DNA from: a virus
Strand: one strand, 5' to 3'
Virus record (IMG/VR): IMGVR_UViG_3300005805_000045
Location: 99,886 to 163,885 of that record
DNA length: 64,000 bases
A program made the translations under genes and the position numbers. The notes beneath the pieces were generated by a model. The model saw only the letters and a list, made by a program, of their open reading frames with translations, was not told where the DNA came from and searched no databases. Shown here one piece after another: positions 46,369 to 55,724 of this stretch; position 1 is the first letter of the stretch; each line of letters begins with the position of its first letter.

Positions 46369-46563
46369 TTAGGGAAACATCCTCTTCATCAAGAGAAGAT
46401 AACCTATACCAACGCAAAAACCCACACTCAACATAAAATGAAACACTTGGGATAACATAGGATACAAACTGACAACATACATGACAACAACTGGTACAGT
46501 AAATGCTACAAAACCCACAAAAAACATAGTCAATATTTTCAGGGGTAATGGCCACTTATCCAT
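46369..46563 (-). CDS. small membrane protein
   Basis: two TM segments. Confidence 0.6.
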   Translation of the reverse strand: MDKWPLPLKILTMFFVGFVAFTVPVVVMYVVSLYPMLSQVFHFMLSVGFCVGIGYLLLMKRMFP

Positions 46564-46942
46564 AGATCACCTTTGCTGCTTTATCGGGTTCACGGGCATC
46601 AATCTTGAGGATTGACTTGTCAGGATACTCGATCACAATCCAATCTTCTTCAGTTGTGATGCGCAGATTACCATATGCTAACCAACACTTTTTGTTAGCA
46701 CACTGCTGAACCAGACCTGCTTCAAACATCAGCCGTTGAGCCTTTTCCTTCAACTCATTTGAAGCACCCTTGTGCCAGTTCTCATGGACGAGTTCCATCA
46801 ACTCAATGAAATGGACCTTGCGTGAAAATTGACCAATATCTACCTGAGCAGGTTGTGTACGAGTGTGCCACACCGACATAGAACAACCAGACAGGAGAAC
46901 AGAGGCTAGTGCGATTGCTGCGATTTTCATTTTGTTTTCCAT
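46556..46942 (-). CDS. lipoprotein
   Basis: lipobox LSGC. Confidence 0.7.
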   Translation of the reverse strand: MENKMKIAAIALASVLLSGCSMSVWHTRTQPAQVDIGQFSRKVHFIELMELVHENWHKGASNELKEKAQRLMFEAGLVQQCANKKCWLAYGNLRITTEEDWIVIEYPDKSILKIDAREPDKAAKVIYG

Positions 46943-47105
46943 GTTAGTAGTAGAAGATGTTGACGATAAAACTCAGTACAAGACATACAAAAAGGAAGTA
47001 GGCAAGAATGCCTACTCCCAAAGCGATACGTTCCAAAATTTCCATAGTTACCTCTTCGCATTTCTGGTATATTATAGCAGGAACTACAGAGATGTCAAGA
47101 GGAAA

Positions 47106-47567
47106 CTAATGACACTTATGGAATCGGACACGAGGTCCAGTGTCAAGATGAACGTGATGAGCACCGCAGGAATACGTTCCAAGCCCACCATTCCAATTTG
47201 CTTTGAGATAAGCAATTACTTCATTCCGACGATTCTTTGGTGGAACGATATCTACAGCCTGACATGATGCATGATAGCTAGCCTTATTTGTACCAGCAAT
47301 CTTTGCGCCAGGACGATGGGCCGAGATAATACCAACAGAACCGAATAGTGACCTAACAGTATCAAGCATTGCACGAATAGGCTGTGGCATACAATGTGAG
47401 CCATGATCATGTGAACCACGAGCACCTCGAGAACCACGAGATTCTCGTAGAGCCTTTTCTGCCATTGGTTCAGTCTTGAATGCGTTAGGGAAGTTGTCGA
47501 AGCCCGAGTCAGCAAATGCTGGTGTAGCAAATAGCATTATGGCCACGATAAGTAGCATCTTCTTCAT
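47106..47567 (-). CDS. secreted peptidase M15 (Zn D-Ala-D-Ala/YcbK-like)
   Basis: signal peptide; ISAHR, SYH...AVD, GGLG.Y, HVHLD.G. Confidence 0.85.
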   Translation of the reverse strand: MKKMLLIVAIMLFATPAFADSGFDNFPNAFKTEPMAEKALRESRGSRGARGSHDHGSHCMPQPIRAMLDTVRSLFGSVGIISAHRPGAKIAGTNKASYHASCQAVDIVPPKNRRNEVIAYLKANWNGGLGTYSCGAHHVHLDTGPRVRFHKCH

Positions 47568-47596
47568 TTTACTTTTCCTTGATTGTTTACGAGAAG

Positions 47597-47673
47597 TGGC
47601 GATCACGGCAGGACTCGAACCTGCGACATACGGATTAGAAATCCGTTGTTCTATCCAACTGAACTACGTGACC
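47597..47673 (-). tRNA. tRNA-Arg(UCU)
   Basis: cloverleaf, loop TTTCTAA, encoded CCA. Confidence 0.95.
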
Positions 47674-48508
47674 TATACTGTAGAACTTTCTTCTCACGCT
47701 CTTTTCGTTCCGCTGAAAGAAACGAAGAGACATACTCTAGACTCTTATATAGCACGATGTCTCGTTGCCTGTCAAGCACAATAATATGGTAACAGTCATC
47801 GAGAACAACTAACTCAGCACGACCAGATGACTTTCTGACAATCTCCTCAGAATTGGAGATATGAGCAAAATCATCTTCACGTGGATGGAATGTGATGAGA
47901 GGAACTTTGATGTTCTTCAATCGTTTCCTTACATACGCTGACAAACAGTTGAATTGAACCATCGTTGATAGTGGCGTATAGAATGTGCCAGCATCAGTTG
48001 AATTGGCCTGCATGGAGTTTACAATCATGTTTCGCACACGATCATCCTTGATACCATGTGGATGACGTTCAGATAGCATCATGTCAAACATAATCATCCA
48101 TGGACGTAGATGACGTAGCCACTTCATGTAGAATGGAAGTGACCAGCCGTTGAGAACAAGTGTTGGTGAATATAGTAGGCAACCAGAAACACGATCAGGA
48201 TATTTCTCTGCCAAATACAAAGCCAGCAATGATCCTGCTGATAGTCCACCAACGAACACCTTCTTACAATGCTTCAACTTGTCTAGTGCTTGTTCAACTG
48301 AGACAAGCCAGTCTTTCCATGTAACTTTTTGTAGGTCTTCAGGTGAACCACAATGCCCTGCAAGTTGGCAGCAATAGACTGTGTAACCTGCACGATGTAG
48401 TCCATTAGCGATATAACGCATTTCAACAGGAGTACCACCAAGGCCATGAATGAGAAGAATCCCAGTGTCATTGCCCACGAAGTAAGTGGACTTGTCAATA
48501 ATAGTCAT
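47651..48508 (-). CDS. carboxylesterase (YvaK/Est-type alpha/beta hydrolase)
   Basis: LLIHGLGGTP.E, GLSAG, EDD, DCYH. Confidence 0.88.
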   Translation of the reverse strand: MTIIDKSTYFVGNDTGILLIHGLGGTPVEMRYIANGLHRAGYTVYCCQLAGHCGSPEDLQKVTWKDWLVSVEQALDKLKHCKKVFVGGLSAGSLLALYLAEKYPDRVSGCLLYSPTLVLNGWSLPFYMKWLRHLRPWMIMFDMMLSERHPHGIKDDRVRNMIVNSMQANSTDAGTFYTPLSTMVQFNCLSAYVRKRLKNIKVPLITFHPREDDFAHISNSEEIVRKSSGRAELVVLDDCYHIIVLDRQRDIVLYKSLEYVSSFLSAERKEREKKVLQYRSRSSVG

Positions 48509-48524
48509 AGATTTTCCTTTGAAT

Positions 48525-48599
48525 TGGCTCCAGCGATAGGATTCGAACCTATAACCAATCGGTTAACAGCCGATTGCTCTACCGTTGAGCTACGCTGGA
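48525..48599 (-). tRNA. tRNA-Asn(GUU)
   Basis: cloverleaf, loop CTGTTAA, encoded CCA. Confidence 0.95.
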
Positions 48600-48616
48600 A
48601 TAAAGAAGTATATAGT

Positions 48617-48690
48617 TGGCGCACTATGAGGGTTTCGATCCCTCTACTTCGGTTCGACAGACCGATATGATCCCAGTTCACCAATAGTGC
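48617..48690 (-). tRNA. tRNA-Asp(GUC), atypical loops
   Basis: all four stems pair; loop CTGTCGA; T-loop ATCGAAA; G73; CCA. Confidence 0.85.
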
Positions 48691-48693
48691 TTA

Positions 48694-48786
48694 TGGTAGG
48701 CGATGAAGGTATCGAGCCTTCCCGAGAACGGTAATCTGCCGCTATAAGAGTTTATAAATCTCTCCCGCACACCTGTGCTATCGCCC
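48694..48786 (-). tRNA. non-canonical 93-nt tRNA-like RNA, anticodon UAU (Ile?)
   Basis: acceptor GGGCGAT/ATCGCCT plus ACCA, D arm GCAC-AGGT-GTGC, long variable arm, T arm GAAGG-CTCGATA-CCTTC. Confidence 0.7.
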
Positions 48787-48790
48787 TATT

Positions 48791-48866
48791 TGGTAGACCT
48801 GGAGGGACTCGAACCCCCAACCAAACCGTTATGAGCGATCGGCTCTAACCATTGAGCTACAGGTCT
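48791..48866 (-). tRNA. tRNA-Ile2(CAU) (lysidine type; Met not excluded)
   Basis: loop CTCATAA; C4:G69 and C5:G68; resembles alphaproteobacterial Ile2. Confidence 0.88.
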
Positions 48867-49035
48867 CTATCTCTTGCTGGATATCAGAAAGTTCCTGCAT
48901 GATGGCTTCATATGATTGCCTAAACTGTTGCTCTTTTGTGTACATCTCAAGAACGCATGGACAGTATTCTTGACCCTCTTGAGGACCAACACATTCGCAT
49001 GACCAAAATGATGAAGAACCCTTCTTAGCGTCCAT
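48829..49035 (-). CDS. small hypothetical protein ending inside tRNA-Ile2
   Basis: CECVGPQ.G...CPC motif; AAAGAAGGA upstream. Confidence 0.55.
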   Translation of the reverse strand: MDAKKGSSSFWSCECVGPQEGQEYCPCVLEMYTKEQQFRQSYEAIMQELSDIQQEIETCSSMVRADRS

Positions 49036-49462
49036 CGCACCAATCCTTCTTTCTGCCAGAACCATTATACATCACAGCATAGTTATTGATGATTAGAGTT
49101 AGACTTAGATATTCACCGTCAAGCACTACGTCACCAAGAACACGACCGCCGTACTTGTCCCAACCAATAAGCAATACTTGAACCTTTTTGGCAGCGGCAA
49201 TACGATCTTCGACAAACTTCTTGGCTTCAGCAGCACGCTCACGTTCACGCTCACACTTAGCCCGAGCACCTTTTTCAGGTGTATCGATACCAACGAGACG
49301 TAATGAGAATACTTGCTTTAGTTCTACTGGAAGAAATGGTGCTTCAATTTCTACAGTGTCACCATCGATGACACGTAGGATCTTGTAATCATGTACTTGT
49401 TGGGCGAGTGCTGAACCTAGAGATGCTAGGAACAGCAGAATAGAAATGGCAATCTTTTTCAT
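49025..49462 (-). CDS. thermonuclease (SNase-like) with signal peptide
   Basis: RVIDGDT, RLVGIDTPE, DKYGGRVLG. Confidence 0.92.
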   Translation of the reverse strand: MKKIAISILLFLASLGSALAQQVHDYKILRVIDGDTVEIEAPFLPVELKQVFSLRLVGIDTPEKGARAKCERERERAAEAKKFVEDRIAAAKKVQVLLIGWDKYGGRVLGDVVLDGEYLSLTLIINNYAVMYNGSGRKKDWCDGR

Positions 49463-49476
49463 GACAAAATTCCTGA

Positions 49477-49758
49477 TTAGCGATGGTGACGATGATGCCT
49501 ATGTTCGTGATACCACCGAGGACGATCTAGATGGTGCCGAGGTGCATAATGATGGGGAACATATTGAGGAGCATAATGATTGTGATGATGGTGATGCCTG
49601 CGATAGTGACGGCGGCCTTCAGCAAGTGCTGCAATACCCAGACCAAGGATAAGAGCACCAACGATAACTTCATCTGTGCTAGATTGTGCTCGAACATTGG
49701 TAGTTCCTGTGATTGTAGAGAAGATTAGTAGAGTGGTAAGAGCGATGACCTTGAACAT
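49477..49758 (-). CDS. His/Arg-rich small exported or membrane protein (BA14K-like N-terminus)
   Basis: signal, GALILGLGIAALA, His-rich tail. Confidence 0.6.
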   Translation of the reverse strand: MFKVIALTTLLIFSTITGTTNVRAQSSTDEVIVGALILGLGIAALAEGRRHYRRHHHHHNHYAPQYVPHHYAPRHHLDRPRWYHEHRHHRHHR

Positions 49759-49788
49759 AGTGTTGTTCCTTTCGTTCATGTTCGGTAT

Positions 49789-50262
49789 TTATAGCATATC
49801 ATAACCATGCCCGTCAAGTGAAAAAACGACTTGCTTGATGTTGAACGTGTTTATGCATCGAAAACATCCTGGGCACGGTCTTGACAGTCCAAAAATAAGT
49901 TGCTTCTTGGTATGATCCATATACTTTACACGACAAATATATAGCGTGGATTTTTCCAGTTCGTCCTGTGAAATATACTTGAGAGCATTCTTGATAGCGG
50001 ATGTTTCGGCATGAAGGAACACAGAGTCAGCATTCTTACCATACTTAGCCTGAAAAGGATGTGACTTCATTTCATTGATACCAAACGAGACGATATCACC
50101 TCGATAAACGATACAGGCTGATAGTCTGGCATTACCACCAACGGGTTGTGGAATGTCAGCAGCCAGTTTAGAAAGGACATTCATGTATCTTGTGTGTTTT
50201 ACGCCTGAGGAACTTTTACGCTCCTCAGGCATTCTCGGGTAGTAGGGTAGAACGTTTCCCAT
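49789..50262 (-). CDS. Zn-dependent cytidine/dCMP deaminase-like protein
   Basis: LHAE...SRPCPGC. Confidence 0.88.
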   Translation of the reverse strand: MGNVLPYYPRMPEERKSSSGVKHTRYMNVLSKLAADIPQPVGGNARLSACIVYRGDIVSFGINEMKSHPFQAKYGKNADSVFLHAETSAIKNALKYISQDELEKSTLYICRVKYMDHTKKQLIFGLSRPCPGCFRCINTFNIKQVVFSLDGHGYDML

Positions 50263-50696
50263 TAGAAGTTCTCTTTGTAGATTTCATACAACTTGTTTTC
50301 CATGGAGTATGCTTCTACTTCCCACGGAAACTTCATGTACTGCGAGTCGGGCAATCGCATGATGCTACCCTTCCACTTGTATTCATCACAACCTAGATCC
50401 ATAAACTCACCACGAGCAAACTGCTTTAGATGAACCAATTCATGAGCGATGGTCTTGATTTGATTTCGCTTACACAGCCTGCTATTGATTTCCAACACAA
50501 AGTCACGACACTTACCTTTATGGATGTCAATGATACCACACCGACCCCACATACCATGTAGACGAAGGAACTCAACGTCAATATCAACATGCTTGTACAT
50601 CTTACCAAGAAGATGTTTTCCAAACAAGTCAATAACGCGTTCCGTTTCACGCTTGGTCAAGTTTTCGTTATAGCCACGGATGCGTAAATATGCCAT
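50262..50696 (-). CDS. HExxH metallopeptidase-like protein
   Basis: TIAHELVHLKQ...PWEVEA; TTGACA-17-TATACT promoter upstream. Confidence 0.8.
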   Translation of the reverse strand: MAYLRIRGYNENLTKRETERVIDLFGKHLLGKMYKHVDIDVEFLRLHGMWGRCGIIDIHKGKCRDFVLEINSRLCKRNQIKTIAHELVHLKQFARGEFMDLGCDEYKWKGSIMRLPDSQYMKFPWEVEAYSMENKLYEIYKENF

Positions 50697-50765
50697 GTAT
50701 GCTCCTGTTGATTGAGACACAGTATAACAGGCAAAACACTCCATGTCAAGTCACGAGTGTAGGAA

Positions 50766-51011
50766 TTATTCAGTTAACAAATCTTCAAACTTCCTGTTTA
50801 TACTTGTCGTGTTGTTCGGGTACTTGATTTCCGTCAAGATAAACTTGGGTGTAAAGCCGTCGAATGCACCACCTTTATTTAGGAATAGTCCGTAATCGTT
50901 TGCTTCATCTTCAAAGAAGAAGTAATCAATTACTTGCTCGGTTGCATGTTCGTAAACAACATGAAAGAAGTTATTCTCATTATCTTCTACCAAATGAACA
51001 GAATATTTCAT
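50766..51011 (-). CDS. conserved hypothetical protein downstream of gp41
   Basis: E.AT.QVI...LN.GG.FDGFTP.F. Confidence 0.75.
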   Translation of the reverse strand: MKYSVHLVEDNENNFFHVVYEHATEQVIDYFFFEDEANDYGLFLNKGGAFDGFTPKFILTEIKYPNNTTSINRKFEDLLTE

Positions 51012-52378
51012 CAGACCACCTTCAATGCTTTGAACTTATTCTTGGCTTCTACTTGATTTGGAACTTGTCCAGAATCCACGATATCTGTTTGTGCGGAAGA
51101 TTCTACATCATACAGCTTCATTTTGCTCCTGTCAATACCTATTACGAACCGTTTGTTTGTAGAAGGATCGTTGTATCGATTCTTCAACTGCTTGACCAAG
51201 ATTTGACCAAGTTCTTCAAGTTCCTCTGTCGAGATCAACGCAAACATGAAATCGGCTGTGGCTGGTAGACCAAACGACTCGGACGTATCTTCAAGACCGA
51301 TGTCGGAACTCACATAACCAGATCGTGTCGTTTGTGTTGCACTGACCAATGGGACTTCAAACTCTACGGCTAGACCACGAAGCTCTTCGGCAATCGACTT
51401 GATGTAGGTATATGAGTTGACATTGCCACCTGGCTTGATTCGTGCTGAACTACAGATATTGAGATAATCAACAAAGATGATATCTGGCTTGAATGTCTTT
51501 TTGAGGCTAAGTTCATTCAGCAGAGCCTTGAAGTGGATCGTAGATGCTGACGCTGTTGGATATTCTTTGATGATGAGTTTGCCATTCGTTTTCTTCTTGA
51601 TCGACTCAGCCTTCTTCATATAGTTATCTTGAGGCAACACCATCAAGTCTTCAAACGAGATGTTCATGAGATTGGCATCGATACGCTTGGCAACTTCTTC
51701 TTCAGCCAACTCAAGGGTGATATACAGAACGTTCTTACCTTGATTGAGACATGATGCAGCGACATGACACATAAACAACGATTTACCAACACCTGTACCT
51801 GCAAGTGCAATGTTCAAAGTCTTTTTGGGCAAACCATCTTTTGTGATCTTATTGAAATACTCAAGATCAAACGGAATCTTTTCTTGAACTCGATGATAAT
51901 ACTCATATCGTTCGTCATACTGTTCAAGATAGTCGTGACCAACATTAGGATCAAATGAGATAGCCAATGCATCAGAAAGGAGAGTAGGAATTGCACCCTT
52001 ACTCTCCTTACCTTTGCTGTTCATGATATCAATCGACTTCATGATGGCATTATAGATGGCTTTCTCTTGGCAAAACTGTTCAGTAGAAGATACAAGCCAA
52101 TCAATGTTAGTCTTCTCTTCGGAAGCATGAAACTCCTTGAGAGAAGTCACGATTTGATTGACTGTATCTTCCCTTAGATTTTCTTTTGATTCAACCTCAA
52201 GACGCAAAGCATCAAACGTTGGTTGAGTGTTGAACTTCAACAGAAAATCTTTGATTGTCTTGAACAGTACTCTATCTTCCTCAGCAAGAAAGTATTCGTC
52301 TTTGATGAATGGCAGAACCTTTCTTGTGTATGCTTCATTTGAAAACAGATTCTTCAAGACAATCTTTTCAATGTTCAT
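51011..52378 (-). CDS. gp41: T4 gp41-like replicative helicase
   Basis: LAGTGVGKS, IKEYPT, VDYLNI, SIAEELRG, SATQT, SESFGLPATAD. Confidence 0.97.
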   Translation of the reverse strand: MNIEKIVLKNLFSNEAYTRKVLPFIKDEYFLAEEDRVLFKTIKDFLLKFNTQPTFDALRLEVESKENLREDTVNQIVTSLKEFHASEEKTNIDWLVSSTEQFCQEKAIYNAIMKSIDIMNSKGKESKGAIPTLLSDALAISFDPNVGHDYLEQYDERYEYYHRVQEKIPFDLEYFNKITKDGLPKKTLNIALAGTGVGKSLFMCHVAASCLNQGKNVLYITLELAEEEVAKRIDANLMNISFEDLMVLPQDNYMKKAESIKKKTNGKLIIKEYPTASASTIHFKALLNELSLKKTFKPDIIFVDYLNICSSARIKPGGNVNSYTYIKSIAEELRGLAVEFEVPLVSATQTTRSGYVSSDIGLEDTSESFGLPATADFMFALISTEELEELGQILVKQLKNRYNDPSTNKRFVIGIDRSKMKLYDVESSAQTDIVDSGQVPNQVEAKNKFKALKVV

Positions 52379-52677
52379 TCTTTTTCCTTTTGCTCTTTCT
52401 CTTCAGCCTCTAGGGATTCGAGAAGCAACGCATTCAAAATTAGACCAGAGAACTCTTGAAACTTTACATCTCGACGAAGTTTTGTTTCAGTGTGTTCACC
52501 CATCTCAATCAGTTCATATTCAAATTGAAGAAGCACATTATCATTCTCTTCTTGTTCCTTGATGCCGACTTTAGTGTAACGTAGTATAACACCTTTGTAC
52601 GGTTCAGTCAAGATTTCGATTGGTGCTGTGTCTGCTTTGATATCATCACGAAATTTGAAGTCTTCGCCAACAATCAT
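52375..52677 (-). CDS. gp40-like protein (uvsX-40-41 synteny)
   Basis: position and size; acidic. Confidence 0.55.
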   Translation of the reverse strand: MIVGEDFKFRDDIKADTAPIEILTEPYKGVILRYTKVGIKEQEENDNVLLQFEYELIEMGEHTETKLRRDVKFQEFSGLILNALLLESLEAEEKEQKEKE

Positions 52678-53726
52678 TCTTCAGTCTCCACCATTACATT
52701 AGTTTTGCCATATAGAAACTCATCCTTACACTTCTCGTCGATCTGATCGAGAATTTCCTTTGTAAAATACTTCTCTGGATTCTTGAGAATAGCCGACTCA
52801 AATACCTTGTCACCACTTGGTAGTTCAAATCGAGTTGATACCTTCTTGAAGATACCAAACTTCTCTGCAAGATCGAGCAGACCATAGTATGGATCAAGAC
52901 CATCTGTGTATTCAAGCAACGTCTCGACCTTTTTGTTCTCAATCGTCAATCGAGCCTTCTTGAGAACAGCAGTGACGATTGCACCTGTCACCTCGTTATC
53001 AGTCTTATCCTTCTTCTTAGATAAGAACACAATAGTAGATGCTGCATACTCAAGACCAGAACCACCACCCATCTTCTTCACAGGAACATATGAACCAACA
53101 ACATCATAAACGTGATTGGTTACGATCAATGGCACCTTTGCTTTGCCGAGCTTGAGTGTAAGCACACGAAATGCACCACGAATCAACTGTGCTCTGGTCA
53201 TGTCTCGTGTGTCTTTACCCTCAGACATATCTGCAACTTCTTTTTCAGTTGATAGATTGCCTAGAGAATCAAGAACGAAAAGCATTGGTGGTTTTTCGCT
53301 TTTGTCACCCTTTTCTCGATGCATGTAAGCATCAAGAATTTTGATTGCTTGTGTGCGAAAGTCTTGAATTGTTGCTACTGGCATATTGAATACACGCTTG
53401 GTATCAACGCCACGATCTGCAAACATTTCCTTTGAAACAGCAGATTCTGATTCAAAATAAAAAACAGCGCCTTTTGGATTTGCTCTTAGAAATTCTCTAC
53501 AGATATTGACTGCATAGAATGTTTTGCCTGTTGATGGTTCACCAGCGAGTGCTGTAACTTTGTTGGCAGGAAGACCACCGTAGATTGAACCAGAGAGAAG
53601 TGCGTTGAGGGAGTAAGAGCCAGTGCTGATGTAACCAGTAATATCACCTGCTTCAATACCATCATCAACAATGCTTGCGTATTCGTTGCCTGCTTCTTTG
53701 AGCAGGTCAGAAAAGATATCAGACAT
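52674..53726 (-). CDS. uvsX: UvsX RecA-like recombinase
   Basis: [39 protein letters not shown]. Confidence 0.96.
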   Translation of the reverse strand: MSDIFSDLLKEAGNEYASIVDDGIEAGDITGYISTGSYSLNALLSGSIYGGLPANKVTALAGEPSTGKTFYAVNICREFLRANPKGAVFYFESESAVSKEMFADRGVDTKRVFNMPVATIQDFRTQAIKILDAYMHREKGDKSEKPPMLFVLDSLGNLSTEKEVADMSEGKDTRDMTRAQLIRGAFRVLTLKLGKAKVPLIVTNHVYDVVGSYVPVKKMGGGSGLEYAASTIVFLSKKKDKTDNEVTGAIVTAVLKKARLTIENKKVETLLEYTDGLDPYYGLLDLAEKFGIFKKVSTRFELPSGDKVFESAILKNPEKYFTKEILDQIDEKCKDEFLYGKTNVMVETEE

Positions 53727-53774
53727 AAGATTCTCCTTAGAATGTGAATGTGGGCAATCTCGCCCACACTCTAT

Positions 53775-54620
53775 TTAGAAATCATCGCCCGCTTTGACGA
53801 CTTGTTTAGTAACTTTTTTCTTCTTGGGTTCACGGAAAGACTTTGGTATTTCCAAATACTCCATGTTCCCTTCTTCTTTACGCTTCATCGAAATGTTAAA
53901 TGCTATCAGTAGAAAGATAGCAAGAGGATCAAATACGATGATGAGAATGATTATAACACCTCTGACTGCTTTGTCAAGCAGTTTTGTGTCAGATGTATCA
54001 TAAAACAACTCAGCAATATATTTGATTGGTCCTACTTCTGCTTCAATCTTTTTGACTTCAGATTCAAGTTCAATCTTCTTGGACTTGATAGCAACGAGAT
54101 CAGCAGTTTCTTTCTCTTTTCTCTTTACTAACTCGTCACGCTTACTTGTTTGCTTCTCATTATTCTTGAGTGCGTTTTCAGATTTGCCTGTATCGATTAG
54201 TTTCTTGATAGCATCATCAATAACAGCAATCTGCTTATCGAGGTCTCGAATAGTTAGTTCTTTAGAGTTGATCTGTGTTTCAATAACAGGAATCTGTGTT
54301 GCGATACCACTGTTCATCTTGATCTGCTGGTCGATATGTGCTTTAGACAAAAAGCCATAGATTCCCATGCTTGTGATAAGCATAAGAATACCGATAGCAG
54401 ATGACAGATAGAACTTTACGATCTTAGGTGTATGTGACCAGTTATGATAAAGCCAAGACACGGCCACAAGTTTGGCTATCTCTAATGTCGAACCCATGAT
54501 GACGATTGGCCAGTATACACCAGCAAACAGTGTCGTCAGCCCTACTATAGAGTAGAAAGCTGCGACTGCTGACAAAGCAATCCCTGTGAGGAATGCCGCA
54601 GCAGGAAGTAGCTTGTTCAT
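53775..54620 (-). CDS. membrane protein with coiled coil
   Basis: N-terminal TM segments, GFLSKAH, EVGPIKYIAE, VFDPLA. Confidence 0.85.
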   Translation of the reverse strand: MNKLLPAAAFLTGIALSAVAAFYSIVGLTTLFAGVYWPIVIMGSTLEIAKLVAVSWLYHNWSHTPKIVKFYLSSAIGILMLITSMGIYGFLSKAHIDQQIKMNSGIATQIPVIETQINSKELTIRDLDKQIAVIDDAIKKLIDTGKSENALKNNEKQTSKRDELVKRKEKETADLVAIKSKKIELESEVKKIEAEVGPIKYIAELFYDTSDTKLLDKAVRGVIIILIIVFDPLAIFLLIAFNISMKRKEEGNMEYLEIPKSFREPKKKKVTKQVVKAGDDF

Positions 54621-54631
54621 TTTTTCCCTTG

Positions 54632-55724
54632 CTAGAATAAAGTTGCTGTGACTTCAGTTTTCCAATCAATACAATCGAGAATGATCTTGAGTGGTTCTAG
54701 AAAGCTCTTCTCGAATTGTGTATTATAGTCGATATACTTCTCTAAGTCAAGTTCTTTAGGAAGTACTTGTGGAAATGATATGACATGACTTTGGATTGTG
54801 TTAGGTTCTTTTAGATAGATGAACTTGATCTTCTCTCCTTCTTTGATAAGTGGATACTTCTTGTCCAACTTATACTTACTGATCAGGTTGTTATACAGAA
54901 TTGAACCACGAACATGGATTGGTGCACCCTTGAGGATCTCTTTTGTTCTGCTATCTTGCTTTTTATTGATACCATTTACACCTCGAGGGAAAGCAATATC
55001 AGCAGCAGGTAGTGTCTTGAACTCTTGACGGAATGCTTCGATGAACTCGATCATCGCATTCTCATCTTTGTTGATGACAATATCAATTGACTCCCACAAC
55101 TTTTCACGACAGGCTGCTGGTGTGGAACTCTTGATCATCTCAAGACCCATCACCTTTACTTTTGGCTTGGCATACTCAACACCTTCGTTATTATAAACGT
55201 TGAGAATATACCGCTTCTTTGCAGTCCAAATACCTCGATCGGCCAGAGCTTCACGTTTCATTTGCATCTTTTGATCGTATGCATTCACATACGTAGCAAG
55301 GTCTCGATAGCTCTTGTCAATAAACGGTTGAATTTTACTCTCACAAACTTTATCCATAAACTTGATGACCCTTTTACTATCAGTAGTCTCTTTTCCAAGA
55401 GCCTGAAGTACCAACTCATCAAGAGAGAGGTAAATCGAGTCTGTATCCGACGCAATGACGTAATCCTTTTCGGTCTTGAGCAGTTTATTTAGATATTCAT
55501 TCAACTTCTTCTCAATCCAACGAATGGCTAGCTGACCAGACGTTGTGATTGCTGTGGCTTGACGCACATCAAAGAAGCGGAAGTATTCGTTGCCCAATGC
55601 ACCGTATGCAGAGTTAAAGACTCACCTTTTTAGCCAGTTGCAGGTTGTTATACCGTGCAATCTTCCTTTCGAGGCTTTGCTTGAGTTCTTCTAATTCACT
55701 GTCGGATAAATTTTCTAACTGCAT
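54632..55724 (-). CDS. gp43: DNA polymerase C-terminal subunit gp43B (about 363 aa; needs a +1 frameshift at 55619-55613)
   Basis: ATG 55724 gives ...ARYNNLQLAKKVSL then TAA; the +1 frame continues NSAYGALGNEYFRF, SDTDS, AKKRY. Confidence 0.88.
55613..55628 (-). promoter_or_regulatory. prfB-like +1 frameshift cassette
   Basis: AAGGTG-AGT-CTT-TAA-C compared with prfB AGGGGG-TAT-CTT-TGA-C. Confidence 0.65.

Noticed and set aside
53747-53770. Hairpin upstream of uvsX as a terminator
   Set aside because: The stem (GTGGGC/GCCCAC) is real but has no U tract; it is more likely a processing or stability element and too weak to call.
54632-55597. ORF-track start (TTG 55597) for the polymerase C-half
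   Set aside because: It would omit the second fingers helix and the K...NSxYG motif needed for dNTP binding.
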